Shown here one piece after another: positions 20,360 to 29,161 of a DNA stretch of 64,000 nt. Under the pieces are notes generated by a model. It worked only from the letters and a program-made list of their open reading frames with translations. It ran no database searches and was not told where the DNA came from. The position numbers and the translations under genes were made by a program. The stretch lies in contig JABSSG010000014.1 of the NCBI GenBank assembly GCA_013214525.1, positions 169,503-233,502 of the forward strand, given 5' to 3'. Positions within the stretch are counted from its first letter, which is position 1, and the number at the start of each line of letters is the position of its first letter. The stretch is from Rickettsiales bacterium (GTDB taxonomy: Bacteria > Pseudomonadota > Alphaproteobacteria > Rickettsiales > JABSSG01).

Positions 20360-20949
20360 GAAGATTTTTTATTTATTGCACATAGCAACTGGTTTTGTAA
20401 TTCTATATTCTTTTGAAATACTCCTAAAAAATAATGTGTGAGAAGAGTAGTAGCTATATTTTTTGTTTCATTCGGATCTGTACAATAGTGTTCTGCTTGT
20501 ATAATAGTTGCAACTCCTTTAGGTTTTAAATATTCATTAATTGTATCAGCAATTTGTGTGGTTAGATTTTCTTGTAGTTGAAGTCTATGGGTAAAAGCAT
20601 TTACAATCTTTACTAAACTACCAATGCCTGCCAATGTTTGTGAGGGAAGATAGGCAATATGGACTTTTCCAATCATAGGCAATAAATGATGTTCACAAAA
20701 TGAAATGAATTTTATATCAGGGACTATTACTATGCCCATTTCTTTTTTACATGGGATAGTTGGTTGTTTAAGAATTAATTGAATGTCAGTTTGGTATCCC
20801 TTAAATAGTTTTTTATAGCGATTTAAAACTCTTTTCGGTGTTTCTTTTAAGCCTTCTCGATTTGGGTTGTCTCCTAACCATTTTAATAAAGTTGTTACGG
20901 CAGTTTCTGCTTGTTTATCATTAACATTCATAGTTTGTTTATTAATCAT
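20356..20949 (-). CDS. folE: GTP cyclohydrolase I family, divergent
   Basis: REGLKETPKRV, SFCEHHLLP, RLQLQE and AEHYC are present; several substrate-binding residues are altered. Confidence 0.85.
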   Translation of the reverse strand: MINKQTMNVNDKQAETAVTTLLKWLGDNPNREGLKETPKRVLNRYKKLFKGYQTDIQLILKQPTIPCKKEMGIVIVPDIKFISFCEHHLLPMIGKVHIAYLPSQTLAGIGSLVKIVNAFTHRLQLQENLTTQIADTINEYLKPKGVATIIQAEHYCTDPNETKNIATTLLTHYFLGVFQKNIELQNQLLCAINKKSS

Positions 20950-21032
20950 TATTCAGTATATCTATCTTCCTAGTGAATTTAGATAGTTAGTATAATAAAG
21001 TGTATTGACTGTAACAACTTAATTTTATGTGT

Positions 21033-21074
21033 TTAAACCTGATAATGTTTTTTAAATCCATTATCAGTTTTTAA
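21033..21074. repeat. Internally deleted family-2 element (inverted repeat)
   Basis: aaacctgataatg...aaatccattatcagtttt; same aatccat core as 13757 and 51763 with its own outer arms. Confidence 0.5.
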
Positions 21075-21244
21075 GAGTTGATTTGGCATTGTATACATCT
21101 ATTAACTTTTAGTAGTATTAATGTCACTTTTTTTTTTTGAGTGAAAATTATTAAGTCAATAAAGTTATTTTTTTTATGCTGAGCATATTATGAAGTTATT
21201 ATTATAATATTAGGTATTATATTGTTAATTATTGAAATATATTT

Positions 21245-22909
21245 ATGTTACAGGATCTAAAATTAGACAATCTAGAGTCATTATTGCCAGCAAAGGAAAG
21301 CCAAGGTTCTCTGGAGGATAGTGGGTCTGAAAATGATGGTGTTATCACAAGGTCTGTAACTACATTTCAAGTTGGAGATAGAATAGCTCCGCAGAAACCT
21401 ACAGCAATAAAGTTGCCACCTCGCATAATTGATGATGATGTGTATTCTGAGGGGTCAAGTACTCCTTCAATTTCTGGAAGAGAAGCTAGTTTTGCTCCTC
21501 CATTACATACTTTGGGAGGTTCTTTCAATACTGCAGCTCAAACTGTTTCTAGAGTTGTAGTTCCAGATGGTTTTACACCTCTAAGTGCGAGTAGTGGTGC
21601 AGATGTCTTTACTCCTTTTGTAGATAGTATTTTAGCACACCAAGAAAAATTTCCAGATACAGTTGTATATGGATCACAAAAAAAAAGAATACGTGATATG
21701 AGTCAAGCATTATTACAACTTACACATGAGCAAGAAGTGGCTTCTTCTGGTATAGAGCATACTATGCATCATAGACATGATAGCTTTATTTCTCCAAAGG
21801 CACAGTTTGGTCATATGCCGTCATTGCAATATGATAATGAAAGAGGACAATTTTATATTCCATCAACAAATAATATGAATTTTCCTTCGTCTATGCTTGT
21901 ACAGCAGCCTTCTACATTTAGTACATGGACATCGAAAATATCATTTTTTTTTTCGTATAATACTAAGAAGTTATATGATGTATCCCAAGAACAGATACAA
22001 GAATGGTCACGGAATACGATTTTTGGTTCTGAAATAGTGGATACAGTAGCAAATACTATTCTATGTTATCAAGTTCCTACCCATTCTCATGCAAAGAAAA
22101 TTACTGATAATCTTGTCAACGTTCATATACTATGGAATGGCTTTGATTTTACTACAATTGGTTTAACTTCTGCTTTAACAGCATATAAATTGCATGAAGA
22201 AGGAATCTGGCCTGCAATAAAATATGTGTTTTCTTCTTTTTCCATGATATCTATGGCGTATCCTATAATTAATACAATGTTTCCTTTTGGAGGCTATGCT
22301 ATTACGGGATATAAAATTATAATGGCCAGCTTTGCTGTATGGAATAGTATTGCAACGTTACATTCCTTATATCAAAATAATTATGGGGATAATCGTGGAA
22401 ATTATGAATTAGAATCATATCAAGCGAAACTTAATTTTATTGAATGGTTAGCAGATAATAGTGATGTAGAGTTTTTTAAGATAAAAGCTCAAAAATATGA
22501 AGATGCAATAAAATTGTTAGATACAAACAGAAGTGATAAATTTTCAACATTGGATAGTTTTGATAAAATTTTTGAGACTGAAAAATTTCATAAATGCCTT
22601 ATGCTTAAAGTAAAGAATCAGTTATTATGGAAGGATACTTCAGAAACATCTCTAACGGACTTGAGCAGAGCTGCTGATGAGTGTATAAAAGGTTATTTTA
22701 TTGCTCAAAAAATGTTAAGCCAGCATAATTTACATTTTGAAGACAGTAATTTGTATAGATGTGTTTCACTAAATGTGAAAGCACAGCAAGTTTCCCAAGC
22801 GGATGGTTCGCCTAACATGATTGATATACCCATAATTCTTGAAGGTTGTATAAGCTATCTATATGGGCCTGTGCCGTTAGGTGGGATTATAGATCATGAT
22901 GTTACATAA
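21245..22909 (+). CDS. Orphan membrane-associated protein, paralog of 23100; candidate effector
   Basis: Ser/Pro-rich disordered N-terminus, hydrophobic core, SLYQNNYGD...YELES motif shared with 23100. Confidence 0.75.
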   Translation: MLQDLKLDNLESLLPAKESQGSLEDSGSENDGVITRSVTTFQVGDRIAPQKPTAIKLPPRIIDDDVYSEGSSTPSISGREASFAPPLHTLGGSFNTAAQTVSRVVVPDGFTPLSASSGADVFTPFVDSILAHQEKFPDTVVYGSQKKRIRDMSQALLQLTHEQEVASSGIEHTMHHRHDSFISPKAQFGHMPSLQYDNERGQFYIPSTNNMNFPSSMLVQQPSTFSTWTSKISFFFSYNTKKLYDVSQEQIQEWSRNTIFGSEIVDTVANTILCYQVPTHSHAKKITDNLVNVHILWNGFDFTTIGLTSALTAYKLHEEGIWPAIKYVFSSFSMISMAYPIINTMFPFGGYAITGYKIIMASFAVWNSIATLHSLYQNNYGDNRGNYELESYQAKLNFIEWLADNSDVEFFKIKAQKYEDAIKLLDTNRSDKFSTLDSFDKIFETEKFHKCLMLKVKNQLLWKDTSETSLTDLSRAADECIKGYFIAQKMLSQHNLHFEDSNLYRCVSLNVKAQQVSQADGSPNMIDIPIILEGCISYLYGPVPLGGIIDHDVT

Positions 22910-22919
22910 CATATAATAG

Positions 22920-23068
22920 TATTAACCGTACATGAAAATACTGATTTTTAAATTTGAAAATAAAACTACTATCTTCAGTTAAAGATCCTCAAATATTCGT
23001 GATATTATAGGGTTTTTAAGTTTGGTATTATTTTTTTTTATTTTCGGATTTGCCAAGTGCGGTTAATA
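22920..23068 (+). mobile_element. MITE-like element, family 1 (diverged)
   Basis: Family core present; arms tattaaccgtacatg and caagtgcggttaata. Confidence 0.8.
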
Positions 23069-23099
23069 TAGAAGTGGTTAATTAAATATAGGGGGTAGT

Positions 23100-24122
23100 A
23101 TGATGAAGAGAGAGTTAGGTGTTTCTGAGAGAAAGGAAGACGTTCGAGATGATTATAGTGATTCATCTATAGATAGTGAGAGGCCATCATCTGGATCCTA
23201 TGACGTGTCTGGTGATGTTACTCCTAGGACTTTTCGTCAAGAGAGTACAGCAATGATTGAGAGAATGAGAGAAATGGGGTATGGCACTAGTGGTTTTCCT
23301 AGTATACCTCCTCATACTGGTCTTGTTGGGTCAAGTATGGAATCTTCTTTAGTTGGAATAGATAGTGACGTACATTCTCATGTTCGTCATTATACTCATG
23401 GTATTGATATGTTTCCACATAGTAGTGGTCTATACCAAGGCAAAATGGGGAAGCCTTTCTTAGGAATGAAACATGCACCGGTACAATCTAATTCATTTAT
23501 TTTGAATAGTTTTTATAAACTGAAAAAAACATCTCAAACGCAAGTAAAAGAAATTGCCCAGAGTGTAACTGTTTCTGCTAAAACTATAAAGACAGGATTG
23601 GATGTATTTACATGGTATAAGAGTCCTACATCTAGTAATGCTAATAGTGTTGCAGAGAGTCTTATCACTACATATGCATCGTATAAAGGATTTGATTATT
23701 TTTCTATTAGTTCATCTAGTATGCTTTTTATATATACGGCATGGAAGGAAGGTATTGAATCAGCAGTGCAACAGGGAATTAACTCTGTAGCATATATGAT
23801 AGCTCCTACAGCCATCAATATTATTTTACCTGGTTATGGAGCAGTAATATATAAAGTTATCATATCTAGTTTTGCTGTATATGGTGTTGGGGAAAAAATA
23901 TATTCTTTATACCAAGATAATTACGGAGACAGTGCTAAAAGTTATGAAATTGAATCAAATGAAGCACGGCTTGCTTGGTTTAAAACTTGTGCAGATTTTA
24001 CGGAGATAGAGTGGTGTAAACGTAAGGTTCAGGAATATACAGATATAGTAACATTATTAAAGTATCAGATAGATGATTCGGAGTTAGCGGGGGAAATGCC
24101 AATAAGTAAGTTGGAGGTGTAA
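23100..24122 (+). CDS. Orphan membrane-associated protein, paralog of 21245; candidate effector
   Basis: Shared core: Y.SPT.S.A..., GFD, EGI..A, YK.I..SFAV, SLYQDNYGD...YEIES..A.L. Confidence 0.75.
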   Translation: MMKRELGVSERKEDVRDDYSDSSIDSERPSSGSYDVSGDVTPRTFRQESTAMIERMREMGYGTSGFPSIPPHTGLVGSSMESSLVGIDSDVHSHVRHYTHGIDMFPHSSGLYQGKMGKPFLGMKHAPVQSNSFILNSFYKLKKTSQTQVKEIAQSVTVSAKTIKTGLDVFTWYKSPTSSNANSVAESLITTYASYKGFDYFSISSSSMLFIYTAWKEGIESAVQQGINSVAYMIAPTAINIILPGYGAVIYKVIISSFAVYGVGEKIYSLYQDNYGDSAKSYEIESNEARLAWFKTCADFTEIEWCKRKVQEYTDIVTLLKYQIDDSELAGEMPISKLEV

Positions 24123-24184
24123 ATCTCACTTTATTTTTGCATTGTGAAACCTAATAATGGCTTAGGAAGATAATGAAATGCCTA

Positions 24185-26269
24185 TCATTGAGTGGGTATG
24201 ATAAATGAGGGGACAGTTTTTGAATAATTTTCTACATGTTTATCACAAATAGGGCATTTTAATTTTTTACTGGGAATATGTCCGTGATCTGAGCAAATTG
24301 AAAAGATTGGTGCAAATGTAATTTGAGAAGTTTTATAGTCATTACAAATTTGTTTTATAAGGTTTTTTGTAGATTTAATATCTATTTCCTCATGTAATGA
24401 AATGTTAAGCATGGTGTTTTCTGCGTGTTGTGTAGATTGGATTGTATTATATGAGTTAAGAGATTTAAATATACTATCGTTATAGGATATTTGTGCACAG
24501 GAAGAGTTTGTATAACTTTTATTTATATATTTTTGACTGTGTTTTTCAAATATTTTAGTGAATTTTTCTAAATCAAACTCTGCAAATCTTCGCGCAGAAG
24601 TTGTAGCGGGGGTAGCTTGTATATTGTAGGGTGTACCAGTTTCTTCTTTATAATAGTATGCTTTTTTGTTCATGAAGTCTATAATTTGTCCAGCAAATTC
24701 ATTTCCTTCTTTTGTTGTAAGATCCTTGTTTAATAAATTAATACATGCTTCGTTTATTCCAATAAATCCAATAGTTGAGAAATGATTTTGCCAGTATCCT
24801 CCATAGTTTTCTTTTATTTTTTGTAAGTAAAATTTAGAAAATGGATAAAGGTTGTTGTCTGTAAATTTTTCAATGGTTTTACGCTTAGTGTCTAATGAGA
24901 TTTTTGCTATATCCATAGTTTTGCTTAACCTAGAAATAAAATCTAACTTGTTTTGTGTAAGAAGTCCTATTCTAGGAAGATTTATTGTTACTATTCCAAT
25001 TGAGCCAGTTAAAGGATGTGCAGTGAATAATTCCTGTCTAACATGATCAATTTTATTAATATCACTGCTTAATCTGCAGTACATATATCTATGTTGTTTT
25101 ATAGTAGGGTTTGTATGGTTAATAAAATGCGGAGTTCCATATTTTGCTGTTATTTTCCATAGATTTTTTAATTCAGGTTTATCCCAGTTAAAATTCTTAG
25201 TGATATTATAAGTAGGAATTGGAAATGGAAAAACATTCTGATTCTCATCTTTCTCAAGTAATACTTCACAAAATGCTTCATTGATCATATCCATTTCTTT
25301 CTGAAACTCTTTATATAGTTCTTTTTGTTGTTTTCCTCCGACAATAACGTGTTTCTCTTTTAAGTTATCAGGGGGATGAATATCAAAGCTGATATTAGTG
25401 AAAGGTGCTTGCCCTGTATGTGTTGGAATATTGAGGTTAAATATGAATTCTTGAATTGCTTGTTTTACTGATTTGTAATCTAATTTATCGTAACGTATAA
25501 AGGGAGCAAGTAAAGTATCTACGTTAAGAAAAGTTTGAGCACTAGAGATTTCATTTTGTAATGTGTAGAAAAAGTTAACCATATGACCAAGTGCACTACG
25601 CAAATGTTTAGCAGGTTTGCTTGTCATTTTTCCGTAGATATCGCAGAAGCCAATTTGTAGTAATTGTTTTAAATCCCACCCTACACAATAGACAGATACG
25701 TTGCCAAGATCGTGTATATGTAGTTCACCTGATGTATGAGCTTCTTTTACTTGAGCGGGATAAATTTTATCAAGCCAATATAATTGGCTTATTTCAGAAA
25801 CAATATAATTATTTAAGCCTTGTAATGAATAATTTACTTTATGGGTTTTCTCTATTAATGGTTCTTTTTTTTGTAGATATTGGTCTATTAAGTCAAATTT
25901 ATTTTGTGAGGACATTTTGCGGATAAATGCCCTTTGTTCTCTATATAATATTTGTGATTTAGCTGTTTTCTTATAGGGAGAGCGTAGTAATACTTCCTCT
26001 ATAACATCTTGGATAAATTCTATACCAAATGTTTTTTCCTTATAATTGACTAAAATTCCTATGACTTGTGAAGTTAAATTTTCTGCTATTTCTCTATCAA
26101 ATTCTCCTGAATTTTGTCCTGCTTTTAATATGGCATAACTTATTTTTGTAAAGCTAAAAGGAGTTTGTTCTCCATTACGCAATATTACAGTGAAATCTTG
26201 ACATTTTGCATATGGATTTGTACCTATTTCTATAAGATTATGACGATGCAAAATTTGTGTGGTTTTCAT
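24185..26269 (-). CDS. nrdD: Class III (anaerobic) ribonucleotide reductase-like protein with ATP-cone, degenerate C-terminus
   Basis: ATP-cone, YSLQGLNN, AH.SGELHIHDL, YCVGWDL, FPFPIPTYNIT, CRL, TGSIGIVTINLPR, HFSTIG and a CxxH...CxxC Zn site. The RVxGY glycyl loop is missing. Confidence 0.85.
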   Translation of the reverse strand: MKTTQILHRHNLIEIGTNPYAKCQDFTVILRNGEQTPFSFTKISYAILKAGQNSGEFDREIAENLTSQVIGILVNYKEKTFGIEFIQDVIEEVLLRSPYKKTAKSQILYREQRAFIRKMSSQNKFDLIDQYLQKKEPLIEKTHKVNYSLQGLNNYIVSEISQLYWLDKIYPAQVKEAHTSGELHIHDLGNVSVYCVGWDLKQLLQIGFCDIYGKMTSKPAKHLRSALGHMVNFFYTLQNEISSAQTFLNVDTLLAPFIRYDKLDYKSVKQAIQEFIFNLNIPTHTGQAPFTNISFDIHPPDNLKEKHVIVGGKQQKELYKEFQKEMDMINEAFCEVLLEKDENQNVFPFPIPTYNITKNFNWDKPELKNLWKITAKYGTPHFINHTNPTIKQHRYMYCRLSSDINKIDHVRQELFTAHPLTGSIGIVTINLPRIGLLTQNKLDFISRLSKTMDIAKISLDTKRKTIEKFTDNNLYPFSKFYLQKIKENYGGYWQNHFSTIGFIGINEACINLLNKDLTTKEGNEFAGQIIDFMNKKAYYYKEETGTPYNIQATPATTSARRFAEFDLEKFTKIFEKHSQKYINKSYTNSSCAQISYNDSIFKSLNSYNTIQSTQHAENTMLNISLHEEIDIKSTKNLIKQICNDYKTSQITFAPIFSICSDHGHIPSKKLKCPICDKHVENYSKTVPSFIIPTQ

Positions 26270-26393
26270 AGCTTAAGATCAATTGTTTCGATGAAAGTTT
26301 TATTTTAGACTATGTAGAATGTTTCGCTCAATTTTAATTTCTAAATAGTTATATTTTTTTATAATGATAAGGTTATTGTGATTCTATTTAGAG

Positions 26394-26442
26394 ATAGCTA
26401 TAAATAAATTATTAGAATTCGGAGTCTTCAAGTTATGGCTGT
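26394..26442 (+). mobile_element. Internally deleted family-1 element
   Basis: atagctataa...ggagtcttcaagttatggctgt; family right-end core with its own outer arms. Confidence 0.5.
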
Positions 26443-26449
26443 AGATCAA

Positions 26450-27232
26450 GGTTGAAGAGATTTTATAATTTCCTCTATATAAGGTGAAGAATTTAAATGT
26501 AAATATCCAATACTGCTTGAGTAAGGGGTATCTAAATCTATAGCCAATGCTATACAAAATCCAAGCAATATGGCACAGAGATATGTCCTAGTGTAAAAAA
26601 TAAATCATTATTTTTTGTTGTGAGCAATACAACATACAAATGATGCCATTGCACCACCACCAAATAAAACTATCTATATTGGGATAGATAATTGATTTTT
26701 TAAGGATAGTCTTTTTCTTTTTGTATCAATTGCTTTGAGAATACTAGGTTTCAGTTGTGGATATAGTTTTTGTTCTTGTTTGGTTTTTGGATATAGGGAA
26801 TGTACTGCTTTTAGCAATTTATAGGCATGTTGTAGTTCTAATACATAATTTTGATTGCGTAGTTTTGTCGATATATTATTAGGTATAAAAAGAATGTAGC
26901 ATTTAAATGCATTAGTAATGTTTTCATTGTTTTTTGCTTCTGAGTAATCGTTTCGTATGTGTATTGCAGATGCTATAGCGGAAGCTTCTTTTGATACTAA
27001 CCTTTGAGTTTGTACAAGGTTACTCCATAGCACTACAATTATGAAACTTAGTAAGGTATCATATAGTATTAATTAAAATAGATATTTTAGAAAATCGTCA
27101 TATATTGTTCATATCTTTTATGAAGTCGCAATATATTCTAGGAAAAATATATCTCAAAAATAATATGATCAATATGAAAACGCTTACTATTATTAAGTAT
27201 ATCTTCCAAGTAAGAAAAATATTAACCATCAT
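26450..27232 (-). pseudogene. Degraded DUF4239-like membrane protein
   Basis: AAGGGG-ATG start at 27232 (MMVNIFLTWKIY...) stops early. Fragments LLSFIIVVLW...VSKEASAI, R..RL, VLFGG and DLDTPY lie in different frames with in-frame stops. The 3' boundary is approximate. Confidence 0.6.
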
Positions 27233-27414
27233 AACCCCTTCCAATGTATATTGAGTTTATTAATAATGGTTTAAGATGTATTGATCAAAATAAAATCCAT
27301 TTTATGGATTTATACATTTTTTCAGGTGGTTCTATAAGAAAGACTATAATTATTTAGTTTTTGCTTGTTAATTGCTAATATTGCAGTTAATTAAAAAGTA
27401 TAATACAGATAAAT

Positions 27415-28242
27415 ATGGCAACTACAATAGTAATAGGAAATGAAAAAGGTGGGGCTGGTAAAACCACTGTAGCTGTTCATTTAACAATGGCGTTACTATA
27501 TTTGGGTTTTGAAGTGGCAAGTGTTGATACTGATATTAGACAAGCTTCTTTTACTAATTATTTAGAAAATAGAAAAGCAACAACCAAATTTAAGAATTTT
27601 GATATTCCTAATCCAAAACATTACAGAATTAAGTCAGATAAACAACAAACAACAGCTGAGATCAGTAATAATGAGCATGATCAAATTACAACTATCTTAT
27701 CACAAGAGAATGAAGTGCAAGATTTTATTATTATAGATACACCTGGTACTCATAATAGTTTGTCTAGGTTAGTTCATTCATTTGCAGATATAGTAATAAC
27801 TCCAATAAATGATAGTTTCTTTGATATAAATGTTCTTGCTGAAGTCAAAGCAGAAAATCTAGATGTAGTAAAACCAGGCATTTATAGTCAAATGATATGG
27901 GAGCAAAAAATTAATAAAGCTAAAAGGGATGGTAAGTCTATGGATTGGATAATAATGCGAAATAGGCTTCATAGTTTAGATTCTAATAATAAGAAAAATA
28001 TTGAAAAGGTTATTTCAAAACTTAGTAAGAAAGTTGGATGTAAAATTGCTTCTGGCTTTGGAGAAAGGGTTATTTTTAAAGAGTTGTTTTTGAAAGGATT
28101 AACATTGCTTGATTTGAAAAATAAGGCAATTACTACTAATATGACTGTTTCGCATCTAGCAGCAAGACATGAATTGTTTAATCTTCTTAAAACAATTGAC
28201 AATAAAAAAATTAATGCAGTTTTAGCAGAGAGTCTTTTGTAA
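27415..28242 (+). CDS. mipZ: Division plane positioning ATPase MipZ
   Basis: GNEKGGAGKTT, IDTPG, TPINDSFFD, GFGERVIFKELFLKGLTLLDL, SHLAAR.E. Confidence 0.93.
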   Translation: MATTIVIGNEKGGAGKTTVAVHLTMALLYLGFEVASVDTDIRQASFTNYLENRKATTKFKNFDIPNPKHYRIKSDKQQTTAEISNNEHDQITTILSQENEVQDFIIIDTPGTHNSLSRLVHSFADIVITPINDSFFDINVLAEVKAENLDVVKPGIYSQMIWEQKINKAKRDGKSMDWIIMRNRLHSLDSNNKKNIEKVISKLSKKVGCKIASGFGERVIFKELFLKGLTLLDLKNKAITTNMTVSHLAARHELFNLLKTIDNKKINAVLAESLL

Positions 28243-28274
28243 AATATCGTAATCTTCAAGCATGAGGAGTATAT
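28240..28274 (+). repeat. Solo right end of a family-1 element, overlapping the mipZ stop codon
   Basis: taaaatatcgtaatcttcaagcatgaggagtatat matches 49766-49800 with 2 mismatches in 35 bp. Confidence 0.8.
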
Positions 28275-28296
28275 TTAAAATAAGTTTAAAAGATTG

Positions 28297-28326
28297 TTGA
28301 CTTTTATAATAATTCTAGGCTAAACT
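28297..28326 (+). promoter_or_regulatory. Putative sigma70 promoter of tRNA-fMet
   Basis: TTGACT-N18-TAAACT, 17 bp upstream of the tRNA. Confidence 0.5.
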
Positions 28327-28343
28327 CCCAGTACTTTATGTAT

Positions 28344-28420
28344 CGCGGGGTAGAGCAGCCTGGTAGCTCGTCAGGCTCATAACCTGAAGGCCGCTGGTTC
28401 AAATCCAGCCCCCGCAACCA
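28344..28420 (+). tRNA. tRNA-fMet (CAT), initiator
   Basis: CGCGGGG...CTCATAA loop...GGTTCAAATCC...CCCCGCAACCA; C1:A72 mismatch; encoded CCA. Confidence 0.97.
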
Positions 28421-28624
28421 ATTTTCTAAGTGTTAATCAGATTGTTTCCTGAAGTTTAGGTTTTATAGTTTTTTTCTATTACACCCTGTGTAATTCCCTA
28501 AGATATGATCTTTAGTATTTCTATGTAATGGTAAAATTCTTTGCTATAGAATTTTTGTCTATTTTAATTAAATAAATCTCTTTAAACTTTTGCCTTAAAT
28601 CGAGGAGAAGGATGGTTTATGCTT

Positions 28625-28984
28625 CTATGTTTTGATTTTATTAAATTGCGATGATCTTGTTAAATATGAAATAGTCTTATCTATAGTGTCAATTAGACTT
28701 TTTTTATCGGCTATATCTTTTACCAAAACTTTTTTACGAGATTTTAAAGTTTTGATTTTATGTATATTATCTTGTGTAAGTAATTTTCGTATATCATTTA
28801 GATTATAACCAAGATTTTTAAAAAATAAGATTTGTTGTAGCTGTTGTAATTGTGTTTCCTTGTAATAACGATATTTGTTGGCACCATAATATGCAGGTTT
28901 TAGGATCCCCTTTATATCATACCAACGTAATGCACGAACAGTTGTGCCTGATATTTTTGCTAATTGACTTACTGTATAAGTCAT
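28625..28984 (-). CDS. MerR-family regulator (Mta/TipA-like N-terminal part, no effector domain)
   Basis: MTYTVSQLAKISGTTVRALRWYD..GILKP....NKYRYY...LQQILFFKNLG; GAGGGG RBS before the ATG at 28984. Confidence 0.9.
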   Translation of the reverse strand: MTYTVSQLAKISGTTVRALRWYDIKGILKPAYYGANKYRYYKETQLQQLQQILFFKNLGYNLNDIRKLLTQDNIHKIKTLKSRKKVLVKDIADKKSLIDTIDKTISYLTRSSQFNKIKT

Positions 28985-29013
28985 AACCCCTCTTGAATAT
29001 AATAATTTTTTAA

Positions 29014-29044
29014 ATGATACAGAATTACGTAACGTGATAGTCAA
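29014..29044 (-). promoter_or_regulatory. MerR-type promoter/operator
   Basis: Minus strand reads TTGACT-atcacgttacgtaattctg (19 bp)-TATCAT, with the dyad ATCACGT-T-ACGTAAT in the spacer. Confidence 0.8.
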
Positions 29045-29161
29045 TAGTTTTTTTGTATCAAAAGAATTGTCACATAATATTGATCACATTTGCAACAAAA
29101 TAGACTCTAATATTAGTATTTTTTTGTTTAGTACAGGGATAAAAAGTATTTTGAAAAAAGT

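Noticed and set aside
27293-27311. Palindrome aaatccat-ttt-atggattt upstream of mipZ
   Set aside because: Short and AT-rich. It could be an operator or a family-2 remnant, but cannot be distinguished from chance.
28344-28420. Initiator tRNA with an A-U pair replacing the first of the three anticodon-stem G-C pairs
   Set aside because: This is a known feature of many alphaproteobacterial initiator tRNAs.
28420-29160. Integrative element at tRNA-fMet or tRNA-Val
   Set aside because: No integrase and no duplicated tRNA 3' end (att site) was found in the window.
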